Source: Bacilli bacterium (GTDB taxonomy: Bacteria > Bacillota_I > Bacilli_A > RFN20 > CAG-826). Taken from it: DNA of 58,225 bases. A program made the translations under genes and the position numbers. Positions 21,348-30,827 of this stretch are shown one piece after another; within the stretch, counting starts at the first letter, position 1, and the number at the start of each line of letters is the position of its first letter. The notes beneath the pieces are model-generated. The model had not been told where the DNA came from. It did not search any database and worked only from the letters and a program-made list of their open reading frames with translations. Location of the stretch: contig JBGUXN010000019.1 of NCBI GenBank assembly GCA_045222195.1, positions 1-58,225 of the forward strand, given 5' to 3'.

Positions 21348-22109
21348 ATGTTATTTCTCGCTGTTGATGATGAAAACCTCCAACTTAATAAGCTCGTTGA
21401 TGCTTTAAAAGAAGCTGATCCAAGTGCTGAGATCTTATCTTTTAATAATCCTCTAGTGGCCTATGAAGCAGTTAAGAAAGCTAAAATTGATGTTGCTTTC
21501 TTAGACATTGAAATGGGTGGTATGAACGGCGTTGAATTAGGCAAGAAGTTAAAACAACTTAATCCAAATATCAATATCATCTTTGTAACTGGTTATGACC
21601 AATACGCGATTGATGCTTATTCAATGCACGCTTCTGGTTATTTAACTAAACCTGTGAGCGCCGATCGCATCAAAGCGGAACTCGCTAATTTAAGATATCC
21701 AATGCCTGCTACTAATGACCAAAATAAGCTTAGAGCGCAGTGTTTTGGACAATTTGAAGTATTTTATAATAATAAGCCAATTAAGTTCTCTAGAAGCAAA
21801 ACAAAAGAGATGTTAGCGTACTTAATTGATAGAAGAGGTGCGATGGTTTCTGTTAAAGAATTATCAGAAGCATTATTCGGGGAAGATAAGGGTTCATATA
21901 TCAGAAATTTAGTCGCAGATTTAAGCAATGCTTTGAAGGAATTAAATATCGAAGATGCCTTCGTTAAACGCTTCAATTCTTATGGTATAGATATCACTGT
22001 TATTTCCTGTGATTATTATGATTATTTAAAGGGTGAGGCGTACGCTGTTAAGGCATATCGTGGCACCTACATGGAGCAATACTCCTGGAAAAAGATTGCC
22101 ACTTTTTAA
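21348..22109 (+). CDS. Response regulator (receiver + SARP-like winged-helix output)
   Basis: VDDE, FLDIEM, FVTGY, YLTKP; C-term CFGQFEV...KTKEMLAYL...CDYY...YRGTYM. Confidence 0.9.
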   Translation: MLFLAVDDENLQLNKLVDALKEADPSAEILSFNNPLVAYEAVKKAKIDVAFLDIEMGGMNGVELGKKLKQLNPNINIIFVTGYDQYAIDAYSMHASGYLTKPVSADRIKAELANLRYPMPATNDQNKLRAQCFGQFEVFYNNKPIKFSRSKTKEMLAYLIDRRGAMVSVKELSEALFGEDKGSYIRNLVADLSNALKELNIEDAFVKRFNSYGIDITVISCDYYDYLKGEAYAVKAYRGTYMEQYSWKKIATF

Positions 22110-22134
22110 AAAATAAATTCCACTACCAAAAAGA

Positions 22135-22168
22135 AAATGACCGGCCATCAAAGGTCGGTTAATTTTTA
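22135..22168 (+). terminator. Intrinsic terminator after the two-component genes
   Basis: TGACCGGCC-ATCAAA-GGTCGGTTA followed by ATTTTT. Confidence 0.75.
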
Positions 22169-22216
22169 TTAAAGGTCTAAAATTGCAAAAAACCTGCCAA
22201 AAGGCCATAAAAAAGT

Positions 22217-22269
22217 GCAACACAACCGCAACAAACATGCAACAAATAGGAAATCACTTTGTTGCGGTT
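22217..22269. repeat. Three GCAACA direct repeats at 11-bp spacing plus a 12-bp inverted copy (candidate operator array)
   Basis: GCAACA at 22217, 22228, 22239; AACCGCAACAAA (22224-22235) is inverted as TTTGTTGCGGTT (22258-22269). Confidence 0.7.
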
Positions 22270-22359
22270 TTTCTTTAATTCCCACTATTGTAGGTTGGTA
22301 TTTTTTGTAAATATTGTTATTAATAACAAGAAAAGCATTTTTTTAGTGTTACAAAACGC

Positions 22360-22388
22360 TTGATTTTATCTTGTTGCGCTTTTATATT
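22360..22388 (+). promoter_or_regulatory. Candidate promoter of the 11-gene operon
   Basis: TTGATT-N17-TATATT with another TTGTTGCG in the spacer; AAGGAGG RBS before ATG 22422. Confidence 0.55.
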
Positions 22389-22421
22389 ATATAGGCATGC
22401 ATATAAGGAAGGAGGAAATTT

Positions 22422-23111
22422 ATGAATTTAAAAAAGAAAAGTGGTTTAATTAGCGCTGTTATCGCGCTTTCCTGTGCATCATTAGTCTCTGTTGGCTTTG
22501 CTTCCTGGGTTATTTCCCAAGGTGATGCCAAGACAGTTGACGGAAGCATTGTTGTTGATACTGTTCAAACAAAACAACACACAATCACTGTTTCTCCAAC
22601 AACTGGCACACAAATCTGCTTCACAAGACCAGAAACTCCAAGTGCTACAACTTATTCTTGGTTAAGTGAAACAACATCTACTTATGAAAACTTAGTTGCT
22701 TCATTTAATGTTAGCGTTGCCAATGTTGACGGAACTGCTGCTGCCGCGAAAGCCAAATTCAGTGCCACACTCAAATCTGGCGTTGTCAGTGGTGAAAACT
22801 TCACTGAAGACGCTTCTAATGCAGGATATCTTGGTGCTGCCGCCGCTACATATGTTGGCGCTTTACCAACACCAGTCGTTGCTGATGGTTCAGTTTCAGA
22901 TGGCGCATGGTCAACAACCGTGACAGTCACATTCACTTGGGGCGCATACTTTGGAAATCAAAACCCATATTATTTCTATAACGCTCATAAGGCTACTGAC
23001 ATTAAGACCGGCTCAACAACATATGCCGCTGATGCAAACACAGCTTTATCTGCTCTCAATACTTTCTTGAGCGGAATCAGCTACAGATTGTCCTTAAGCT
23101 TTGCTGATTAA
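22422..23111 (+). CDS. Secreted protein with SipW-class-like signal peptide (candidate major fibre subunit)
   Basis: Basic N-terminus, hydrophobic stretch, then SVGFA-SWVIS; Ser/Thr/Ala-rich; FTWGAYFGNQNPYYFY motif shared with the next gene. Confidence 0.7.
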   Translation: MNLKKKSGLISAVIALSCASLVSVGFASWVISQGDAKTVDGSIVVDTVQTKQHTITVSPTTGTQICFTRPETPSATTYSWLSETTSTYENLVASFNVSVANVDGTAAAAKAKFSATLKSGVVSGENFTEDASNAGYLGAAAATYVGALPTPVVADGSVSDGAWSTTVTVTFTWGAYFGNQNPYYFYNAHKATDIKTGSTTYAADANTALSALNTFLSGISYRLSLSFAD

Positions 23112-23123
23112 TAGGAGTTTTTC

Positions 23124-23843
23124 ATGTCAAAAATTACAAGAAGATCCTACAAACGTAAAAAAATCGTAATGGGCATTGCCCTATTAGGTGCTATTGGTTT
23201 AGTATCCACAGGTTTTGCGGCTTGGGTTCTTTCTTCAAATGCCAGTAAAGAACAATCTACTGGTATCAAAGTTGGTGTTGTCGCCGAAAACTCAATGACA
23301 ATTACAAATATCAAAGTTAAAGGCCTCGATACCAAAAGAAGTAGTCCAACATTAGGTGAAGAAATCGAAACCAATGATTTCTCATTCAACCCAAAATGGA
23401 ACGACAATACAGGTCGTGTCCGTTTCGGTGCTGAAGGTGATGATTGCGGTGAACGCTTATCATTAACTATCTCCGGTACTATTACAGAAGCACAAAACCT
23501 CGGTTCATTAACCATTGGACCAAAATCTGTCCCAGATAAAGTTGGCCAAGCAAAAGAAGCGAACTATATCACAGTTCCAGCATGCTTGCTTGATACAGTC
23601 ACTTTAGTGGAAAACACAGATTATCAAATCAAAGTTAACGATGGAATTACTACTGCTGATTTCTCATTCAAAGTGGAATTTGGTTGGGGTTCCTTATTTA
23701 ACGGTATGAATCCAGCGGAATATTATGACGATATGTCTGAAACAGATGTTCCAACTTCTGAGATCAACGACACATTAACCGCGATGCACGGTTTACTCGA
23801 TGGTTTAGAAGTTTCCGTGGAGATTATCGCTCACGTTAACTAA
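23124..23843 (+). CDS. Paralogous secreted protein with SipW-class-like signal peptide (candidate fibre subunit)
   Basis: STGFA-AWVLS junction; FGWGSLFNGMNPAEYY motif. Confidence 0.7.
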   Translation: MSKITRRSYKRKKIVMGIALLGAIGLVSTGFAAWVLSSNASKEQSTGIKVGVVAENSMTITNIKVKGLDTKRSSPTLGEEIETNDFSFNPKWNDNTGRVRFGAEGDDCGERLSLTISGTITEAQNLGSLTIGPKSVPDKVGQAKEANYITVPACLLDTVTLVENTDYQIKVNDGITTADFSFKVEFGWGSLFNGMNPAEYYDDMSETDVPTSEINDTLTAMHGLLDGLEVSVEIIAHVN

Positions 23844-23878
23844 TTATTAAAAACCACAAAATTGATTAATTTATAAAC

Positions 23879-24907
23879 ATGTCCTCAACAGATATTATTG
23901 CACTCATAGTTACAATTATCGGTGTTGCCTCGTTTGCCACAGTCGTCACGATTCTCTTTCGTAACTATATAAGGTCACAGATCAAGGAAATTAATCTTGG
24001 TAATCGCGATATTGAGATTATTGATTTGATGATTTATGAAAGAGATCCAAACGTCATAAAGAAAAGGAAAGCAGGTTCAATAGCGAAAAACGTTATTTAC
24101 TATGCTTTCTTAGCCATTGTTATTCCAGTATTTGGTTTATCCATCTATAGCAGGATTAAAAACAATGTCACTAAGTTTGGTGAAAACTTCGTGATGGTTG
24201 TGGCATCCGGTTCAATGTCACAAAGAAATGAGGCTAATGAATATCTCGTTGAGCATAACTTAACTAATCAATTTAACACGTACGACCTTATTGTCTTATC
24301 AGGCGTTAAGGAAAGTACTACGCTCGCTACCTACGATGTAATTGCCTATAAGAATGACAAACATGTCAACGTCATTCATAGGATTATCGGTATCGATTAT
24401 ACAGAGGGTGAACCCCGCTATATCACGAGAGGGGATTCAAACTCCGCGACAGATACCTACCATCCAAAAAGGAGCGATGTGATTGGTAAATATACGGGAA
24501 AGAGAATTCCAGGAATCGGTATATTTATCATGTTCTTCCAAAGTTACGCTGGAATTGTGACAATCCTCTCTGTCGTCTACTGTTCATTTATGATTTCCCA
24601 CTTTACAAGAAAAATGGACGAAGCCACCGAAGAGAGAAAAGAAATGCTATTACAGCTATTCAATGTTGATGACATGACGGAAAGCGATCCGAAAGTCATG
24701 TCCCTTAGACAACATAACACCATCTTCTATAAAGGCTACGCCTATATCGTTGATCCCGATGGGACGCCATCGAAAAGAGAGATGAACGAGGAAGAGAAAG
24801 AAAAATATGGTGTTAGTGAAGAGCTAATAAAAGTCAACGACTTAGAAGAACAAAAAGAAAATGAAAATGAAAACACCGAAGAAAATATCGGTGAGCAAGG
24901 AGAATAA
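23879..24907 (+). CDS. Signal peptidase I, SipW/ER-type (S26B)
   Basis: VVASGSMS (Ser), VIHRII (His rather than Lys), YITRGDSN...D; flanking TM helices. Confidence 0.88.
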   Translation: MSSTDIIALIVTIIGVASFATVVTILFRNYIRSQIKEINLGNRDIEIIDLMIYERDPNVIKKRKAGSIAKNVIYYAFLAIVIPVFGLSIYSRIKNNVTKFGENFVMVVASGSMSQRNEANEYLVEHNLTNQFNTYDLIVLSGVKESTTLATYDVIAYKNDKHVNVIHRIIGIDYTEGEPRYITRGDSNSATDTYHPKRSDVIGKYTGKRIPGIGIFIMFFQSYAGIVTILSVVYCSFMISHFTRKMDEATEERKEMLLQLFNVDDMTESDPKVMSLRQHNTIFYKGYAYIVDPDGTPSKREMNEEEKEKYGVSEELIKVNDLEEQKENENENTEENIGEQGE

Positions 24908-24911
24908 GATT

Positions 24912-26717
24912 ATGATTAGACCTTATATTACAAGAAAGAACTTAATTGCCATCGCAATTGCGTCCTTATATGCAGTTTTATTTGTCTTTGTCGGTTTATG
25001 TTTAACCGCGACCGAAGACACAGTAATTGCAGAAACAAATATGTTCTTAGGCATGGCTAAAGCCATGGGATTTACAATGATTACTTTCAGTGGACCAAAT
25101 GGGGTGATATCGCTCATTTTGACCGCCATTTACATTGTCGTTTTAGTATTTGGTTTGATCTATGTAAGAAGATTCCAAGTCATTAATAACGTCAAGTGGA
25201 AGAATCCTAAATTATGGTTAGCCTATATCGGAGTGGTCGTAGTCTCCGTTGGTTTATCCATTGGTTTATCTTTATTATTCACACTTGATGATATTGGTAG
25301 TTTCGGCATGATGATGACTTTAATTGGTGAGTCCCTTGCTATCACCTCAATTGCCGCGTTAGGAATTACCGCGATTGTCTTACCAATCTGCATGTTATTC
25401 GTTAACTTCCGTAAAGTTGATAAGCCTTATGCTTTCTTCCATAGTGATAAGTTTGATGACTTAGGCGAAAGAGAAGAAGAACAAGAAGGCGACGTCATTT
25501 CTTCTTTTGAAGGCGAAGAAGAAAAGAACACCACTGTCCAAAACTATATTCAAGGTGCAGTTGGTGATGGCTCAGGCCAAGCGATTGCCTTAGATGGCAG
25601 AGCCAGAGAATTAGATGATAGAGAAAAAGTCTTCCCAGGTCTTTCTAAGATTGACGTTGACTATGATGGTTATTCTATCGACACTATTCCAAGCGATGAC
25701 ATTAACTTGGAACAATTAGTCAATAGATTCAGAAACTATTTAGCCAAAGAAGAAAAACTCTATTACGACATCGATACCATTCGTATCTTTGTTTCTGGGC
25801 TTAACGCTACTAGATTAAGTATTTTAGAAGGTTTATCTGGTACAGGTAAATCATCTTTACCAAGATACTTTGCTAAGTTCATTAACGCTAACGTTACATT
25901 CTTACCTGTCCAAGTTACTTGGAGAGATAAGACCTCTATCTTAGGTTACTTTAATGACTTCTCAAAGATTTATAACGAAACCGACTTCTTACTTAAACTC
26001 TATGAAGCTTCCTATAATCCAGACGCTATCCATATCTTCGTTTTAGATGAAATGAACATCTCTCGTATCGAATACTACTTTGCGGACTTCTTAAGCGTTC
26101 TTGAGTATCCAAGCGATCAATGGAAGATCAGAATTATGCAACTTCCATTTGGTTTCGTCCCACCAGCGAAGTTAGAAGGTGGTTATATCACCATTCCAGA
26201 AAACTGTTTCTTTGTTGGTACAGCGAATAAAGACGATTCTACATTCAGTATCGCAGACAAAGTCTACGATAGAAGTACCGTCATTAGCTTTGATAATAGA
26301 AACGAACCATTCGAAGTCACTGGTGACGCTGGTAGCATCAGAATGTCCTATAGCAAATTAAAAGGTTTATTCGAGGGTGCCACTAAGGATGAGAAATATC
26401 AAATGAGCCAAAGAGATTATGAAAAGCTCTATCAAATCACAGATTACATCTATGAACAATTTGAAGTGGCCTTTGGTAACCGTGTCATGAATCAAATTAA
26501 CGCTTTAGTGCCAATCTTCGTGGCCTCAGGTGGTAAGAAAGAAAACGCTTTAGACTTTATCTTAGCAAGAAAAGTCTTAATTAAATTAGAGGGTCGATTT
26601 GAAGAATTCGTCAAACCAGCCTTAAAGAATATCTTAGACTTATTAGACAAAGTCTATGGGGAAAAGGAATTCCCAATTAGTAGAAAGTTCATCAATAGCT
26701 TAATTAAAAAACTCTAA
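24912..26717 (+). CDS. McrB-like AAA+ NTPase with an N-terminal multi-pass membrane domain
   Basis: About 4 TM helices, acidic linker, Walker A GLSGTGKS, Walker B FVLDEMNISRIEYYFADFLS, GTANKDDST, KVYDR; ATG 24912 after AAGGAG. Confidence 0.88.
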   Translation: MIRPYITRKNLIAIAIASLYAVLFVFVGLCLTATEDTVIAETNMFLGMAKAMGFTMITFSGPNGVISLILTAIYIVVLVFGLIYVRRFQVINNVKWKNPKLWLAYIGVVVVSVGLSIGLSLLFTLDDIGSFGMMMTLIGESLAITSIAALGITAIVLPICMLFVNFRKVDKPYAFFHSDKFDDLGEREEEQEGDVISSFEGEEEKNTTVQNYIQGAVGDGSGQAIALDGRARELDDREKVFPGLSKIDVDYDGYSIDTIPSDDINLEQLVNRFRNYLAKEEKLYYDIDTIRIFVSGLNATRLSILEGLSGTGKSSLPRYFAKFINANVTFLPVQVTWRDKTSILGYFNDFSKIYNETDFLLKLYEASYNPDAIHIFVLDEMNISRIEYYFADFLSVLEYPSDQWKIRIMQLPFGFVPPAKLEGGYITIPENCFFVGTANKDDSTFSIADKVYDRSTVISFDNRNEPFEVTGDAGSIRMSYSKLKGLFEGATKDEKYQMSQRDYEKLYQITDYIYEQFEVAFGNRVMNQINALVPIFVASGGKKENALDFILARKVLIKLEGRFEEFVKPALKNILDLLDKVYGEKEFPISRKFINSLIKKL

Positions 26718-26726
26718 TACTCTTTT

Positions 26727-28055
26727 ATGAAAAGAAGTGAACAAGTCAATTTAACTAACCAGATTGAGACTATTCAAGCTTTTAGCAAAAAGCATAGTGA
26801 CTTATCTAGTTTCTATAAAGAAATCGATAATGTGCCACTGGTGTCGATTCAAGATTTATCATTTGAAAAAGACATTGCTTTATTTAACGAACTCTCATTC
26901 ATTCTTTCGGTTGTCTTATCAATTATCGCTAAGCCACATTTAAACACTAAGAGTGATGAAGTCATCGCTAGAAGCGGCGAAGTCAGCGCGTTAAGCGAAG
27001 AAGATTTTCAAAAGACTCTAAGAGATTCTTCCATATGGAGAAATCAAGGTAACGGTAAGTTATTACCAGAATACCTCTATTACCATAAGCACGAAGATGA
27101 GATTAGAATCTATGAAAATATTTTCATCGTTTATTTAGTCAATGAGATTAACGCGTTAGCGCATCAATATAGTGCTCTTTACGTTTCTTTATTAAGCGTC
27201 GCGGACCATGAAACTAATGTCTTATTAATTGATGATACCTATCAAATGAAAGCGATGGATGAAGTCAATAATGTTCTTCATCGTATTGAGCAAATTAAGA
27301 ACACTTATTTCTATAAAGAAGTGAGTAAAGCTAAATCTAGACCAAAGGTCTTTAGTCCAACGAACATCTTACTTAAAGATAGACTCTATAATATTTGCTT
27401 TAAGTTCTATAAGAAGTTCTTCATCCATCAAGAAGAAGGCTCCTTAGATCAAGACTTATTTATATATTATTATGTTTTAATTTTAAGAAAGTTACGCGAG
27501 AACGACTTTAGACTTAAAGAAGGTAAAGAAAAGATCTTCTCTAATGGTAAGTTAGCCATTCCAGAAAAGATTGCTTTAGCTAATAACAACTATCAAATCG
27601 AAGTGGAATCTAGAATCGATAAGAATTTATTCATCTTTAACTATAGTGAACATGATGGGTCTAATAAGGCCACTCACTTACTCTATATTAGAAGTGATGA
27701 TAATGCTCCATTTGAATATGAAGATATTGGTCCAGATTACTTCGTAGTATCTATTGAAACATTATCATTATGGTATTTATCAATGCTCTTAAATGAAAAA
27801 CTCGTGAAGATTAATAAGACCTTCAAGAGTGAAATGGAAATGATGCGTACATTTGTGGATTCTCACCACTACGTCGTATCAGCTTCCGAAAAGATCTATT
27901 CATCATATTGCCCATCTTGTAAAGGCAAAGATTTATCAGAAACGAATGGTTTCTATGTCTGCGCTGATTGTGGCGCAGTCTACCGTTTTGTTAAAGACAA
28001 ACAAAATAGAGGTCATATCGTATTTAGTAACTTAATCAATTATGGAAGAAAATAA
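26727..28055 (+). CDS. DUF2357/McrC-like protein with C-terminal Zn ribbon; nuclease motif not evident
   Basis: IYENIFI and PTNILLKDRLYNICFKFY resemble DUF2357 motifs; follows the McrB-like gene; CPSC...CADC at the C-terminus. Confidence 0.7.
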   Translation: MKRSEQVNLTNQIETIQAFSKKHSDLSSFYKEIDNVPLVSIQDLSFEKDIALFNELSFILSVVLSIIAKPHLNTKSDEVIARSGEVSALSEEDFQKTLRDSSIWRNQGNGKLLPEYLYYHKHEDEIRIYENIFIVYLVNEINALAHQYSALYVSLLSVADHETNVLLIDDTYQMKAMDEVNNVLHRIEQIKNTYFYKEVSKAKSRPKVFSPTNILLKDRLYNICFKFYKKFFIHQEEGSLDQDLFIYYYVLILRKLRENDFRLKEGKEKIFSNGKLAIPEKIALANNNYQIEVESRIDKNLFIFNYSEHDGSNKATHLLYIRSDDNAPFEYEDIGPDYFVVSIETLSLWYLSMLLNEKLVKINKTFKSEMEMMRTFVDSHHYVVSASEKIYSSYCPSCKGKDLSETNGFYVCADCGAVYRFVKDKQNRGHIVFSNLINYGRK

Positions 28056-29232
28056 ACTAGTTAAAGAAGCTCCACAAGAGGAAGCTCAGGAAGAAAAGAA
28101 AAAGAAAACAATATTAATCGTCGAAGACGAAGATATTTCTTATGAAATCTTAGCCACGATGCTCAAGGATGATTATGAAATATTGCGCGCTAATAACGGC
28201 GATGAAGGTCTCCGCATTTTAAGAGCGCAAGCTAAAGACATCTCTTTAGTGTTGCTCGATATTTTAATGCCGGTCATGGATGGCTTAGAAATGCTCAAAG
28301 TCAAAGTCGGAGAAAGAAGAATCGCTAATATTCCTGTCATTGTTTTAACTAGTGAAAAAGCCATGGAAGTCGAAGCTATCAGAATGGGCGCTTTGGACTT
28401 CATTAAAAAACCATTTGAAAGCCAAGAAGTCATCAGAGCGAGAGTTTGGAGAATTGTTGATTTATATGAAAGACATAAAATCCAAACTACAGACCCAAGT
28501 GAAGATATTCCAGCGATTAAGATTGTGGACCTTTATAAATCATATGGTCCAAAAGAAGTCTTAAAAGGTTTAAACCTTGAAGTCTTTAAAGGCGAATTAT
28601 TCGGTTTTATTGGTCGAAATGGTATTGGTAAAAGTACCACTATCGATTGCATGATTGGTGTTAAGAGATTTAACTCTGGCACGATTGAAATTGAAGGCTA
28701 TGACATTACAAAAGAACCTTTAATTGCCAAGTCTAGATTTGGATATGTCGCTAGCGAACCAACGTGCTATGAAACGATGACTGGTTATGAGTATTTAGAA
28801 TTCATCGCTTCCGTTTATCAAATCAGCGAAGCGGAATTTGCCTCTAACGTCGAATATTTAACTAAACGTTTAGTGCTTACAGATGAAGATTTAAGCAAAT
28901 ATATTTCTTCCTATTCTCATGGTATGAAGCAAAAACTATGTTTAGTGGCTTCATTACTCAATAATCCAGACTTATGGATTTTAGATGAACCAACCGTCGG
29001 TCTTGATATTATGGCGGTTGAAGAACTCAAAAAGATGATGAGAGAATACGCGAATCATGATAAGTGCGTCTTTATTACCTCTCATAACATCGATATCATC
29101 GCCAAGATCTGCGATAGAGTGGCCATCATCAATGATGGTAAAGTCGTCGAATTAATGGACTTAAATAGAGATCCAAATAAGAGATTACAACTCGGTCGTA
29201 TCTTCTTAAACATTTTTGGAGCTAATCAATAA
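28042..29232 (+). CDS. Receiver domain fused to an ABC transporter ATPase
   Basis: ILIVEDE, LLDILMPVMDG, FIKKP; then GRNGIGKST, YSHGMKQK, ILDEPTVGLD, ITSH. Confidence 0.92.
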   Translation: MEENKLVKEAPQEEAQEEKKKKTILIVEDEDISYEILATMLKDDYEILRANNGDEGLRILRAQAKDISLVLLDILMPVMDGLEMLKVKVGERRIANIPVIVLTSEKAMEVEAIRMGALDFIKKPFESQEVIRARVWRIVDLYERHKIQTTDPSEDIPAIKIVDLYKSYGPKEVLKGLNLEVFKGELFGFIGRNGIGKSTTIDCMIGVKRFNSGTIEIEGYDITKEPLIAKSRFGYVASEPTCYETMTGYEYLEFIASVYQISEAEFASNVEYLTKRLVLTDEDLSKYISSYSHGMKQKLCLVASLLNNPDLWILDEPTVGLDIMAVEELKKMMREYANHDKCVFITSHNIDIIAKICDRVAIINDGKVVELMDLNRDPNKRLQLGRIFLNIFGANQ

Positions 29233-30827
29233 TGTTATCTTTAATCTTCAAAGACTTTAAATTAATCTTTGCAGGTACCCAACAAAATAAGTTAGGTAAG
29301 TATTTAAGCTTGCTCTTCACTATCGTGGTGGGAATTTTATTTATTGTCATTGAAGTGTATTTATTCCAAGCAATCTTTACCAAGATGGAAGCGGTTAAGG
29401 GTGCGAGTAGTTCTTACTTCACTTTGTTCCTATTTATCATTTCTACCTTGTTAACTATCTTCTGCACATTCACGGCGATGAAGTTATTCTTTAACTCCGT
29501 TGATAACGTGAAGTTAAGTGCTTTACCAGTTAGTGAATCAAAGATTGTCTTATCTAAATTAATATTCTTATTCATCACCATGTATGCGATGAATTTAACA
29601 TTCAACTTACCGTTATTTATCACCTATGGTGTGATCTATAGGAAGATGTTCTCTTTCTACTTTAATGCGGTATTTTATCCAGCCTTCCTCTTCTTCTTCC
29701 AAGCAGGGGTGGCCTTATTACTTGTTTATCCAGTGAAGTTATTACTTAACTTCTTAAAGAAGCATATCATTGTGCAGTTTGTGGTCGTCTTCATTCTTGC
29801 CTTTGGTTTAGCCTTCCTTTATTCACAAGCTTTGAACTTATTTATCAATTTAGTGGCTAATAACAATATTTCGCAGTTATTCACCACTGATACGATTAAC
29901 GCGGTTAATTCAGCATCTAAATTTATGGTTCCTGTTAACTTCTTAGTGGAAGCATTTGTGAATAACGTTAGAACGGCGATATTCCCATCAATCGCTATTT
30001 CTATTGGTGTATTTATCATCGGTTTATCAGTAGCGATCTACTTCTATAACAAGTTCTTACAAAACTTCACTAACGATACAAGAAGTATTAAAAAAGAATC
30101 TTTAAAGATGGTAAGTCCTACAAAAGCACTTATTAAAAAAGAATTAGTGTTACTTCTTAGAAACTCTAACTTCATCTTTAGCTTTACTGGTTTATTAATG
30201 GTTGAACCATTCTTAAGCTATTTAATCATCAAATCAATGAACACTATTTTCACATCTGGTTCTCTTGCTTACTATTTAGCCAGTGTGCCAAACATCATCG
30301 CTTTTTTAGATGTCATGTTAATGATGTTAATTAGTGCGATTATCTATCAAGGCGCGAACGCTTATATCACTAATGAAGATAAAGCGGTGAGATTAATGAA
30401 ATCCATGCCAGTATCTTCCTACAAGCAATTAGCAATTAAAGTTTTAATCCCACTATCGATGTCTTTAGCGGCTTTACTCATTAGCTATATCTTATTAGCG
30501 GCCACTCAGACATTATCAATCATTCCAACATTATACGGATTATTAATGAACATTATCTTTATAGTTACATTATCTATAGTTTCTTTATTTGAAGAATTAC
30601 ATGTTAAACGCTACCAAGAAAAGAATACCTTATTAAGTGGTATCTATACTTACGCTGTTCCAGTAGTCTACTTCTTATTAGCGTTATTACTTTGCTATTT
30701 CCAAGTGAACTATCACTTCATTTTCCTCATCGGTTTAGGAGTGGTTATTCTTTCACTTGTTCCATATATGATTAAGTTTAAAGAGAGGGTGGACAATGAT
30801 TTCCTTTCTTTGGAGGTCGCTAACTAA
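29232..30827 (+). CDS. ABC-2-type exporter permease (about 12 TM)
   Basis: Two hydrophobic halves with LSALPV..SKIVLSK and LMKSMPV...QLAIK motifs; translationally coupled to the ATPase. Confidence 0.85.
   Translation: MLSLIFKDFKLIFAGTQQNKLGKYLSLLFTIVVGILFIVIEVYLFQAIFTKMEAVKGASSSYFTLFLFIISTLLTIFCTFTAMKLFFNSVDNVKLSALPVSESKIVLSKLIFLFITMYAMNLTFNLPLFITYGVIYRKMFSFYFNAVFYPAFLFFFQAGVALLLVYPVKLLLNFLKKHIIVQFVVVFILAFGLAFLYSQALNLFINLVANNNISQLFTTDTINAVNSASKFMVPVNFLVEAFVNNVRTAIFPSIAISIGVFIIGLSVAIYFYNKFLQNFTNDTRSIKKESLKMVSPTKALIKKELVLLLRNSNFIFSFTGLLMVEPFLSYLIIKSMNTIFTSGSLAYYLASVPNIIAFLDVMLMMLISAIIYQGANAYITNEDKAVRLMKSMPVSSYKQLAIKVLIPLSMSLAALLISYILLAATQTLSIIPTLYGLLMNIIFIVTLSIVSLFEELHVKRYQEKNTLLSGIYTYAVPVVYFLLALLLCYFQVNYHFIFLIGLGVVILSLVPYMIKFKERVDNDFLSLEVAN

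Noticed and set aside
22217-22269. GCAACA repeats as a CRISPR array
   Set aside because: Units are 6 bp with 5-bp spacers and no cas genes are present
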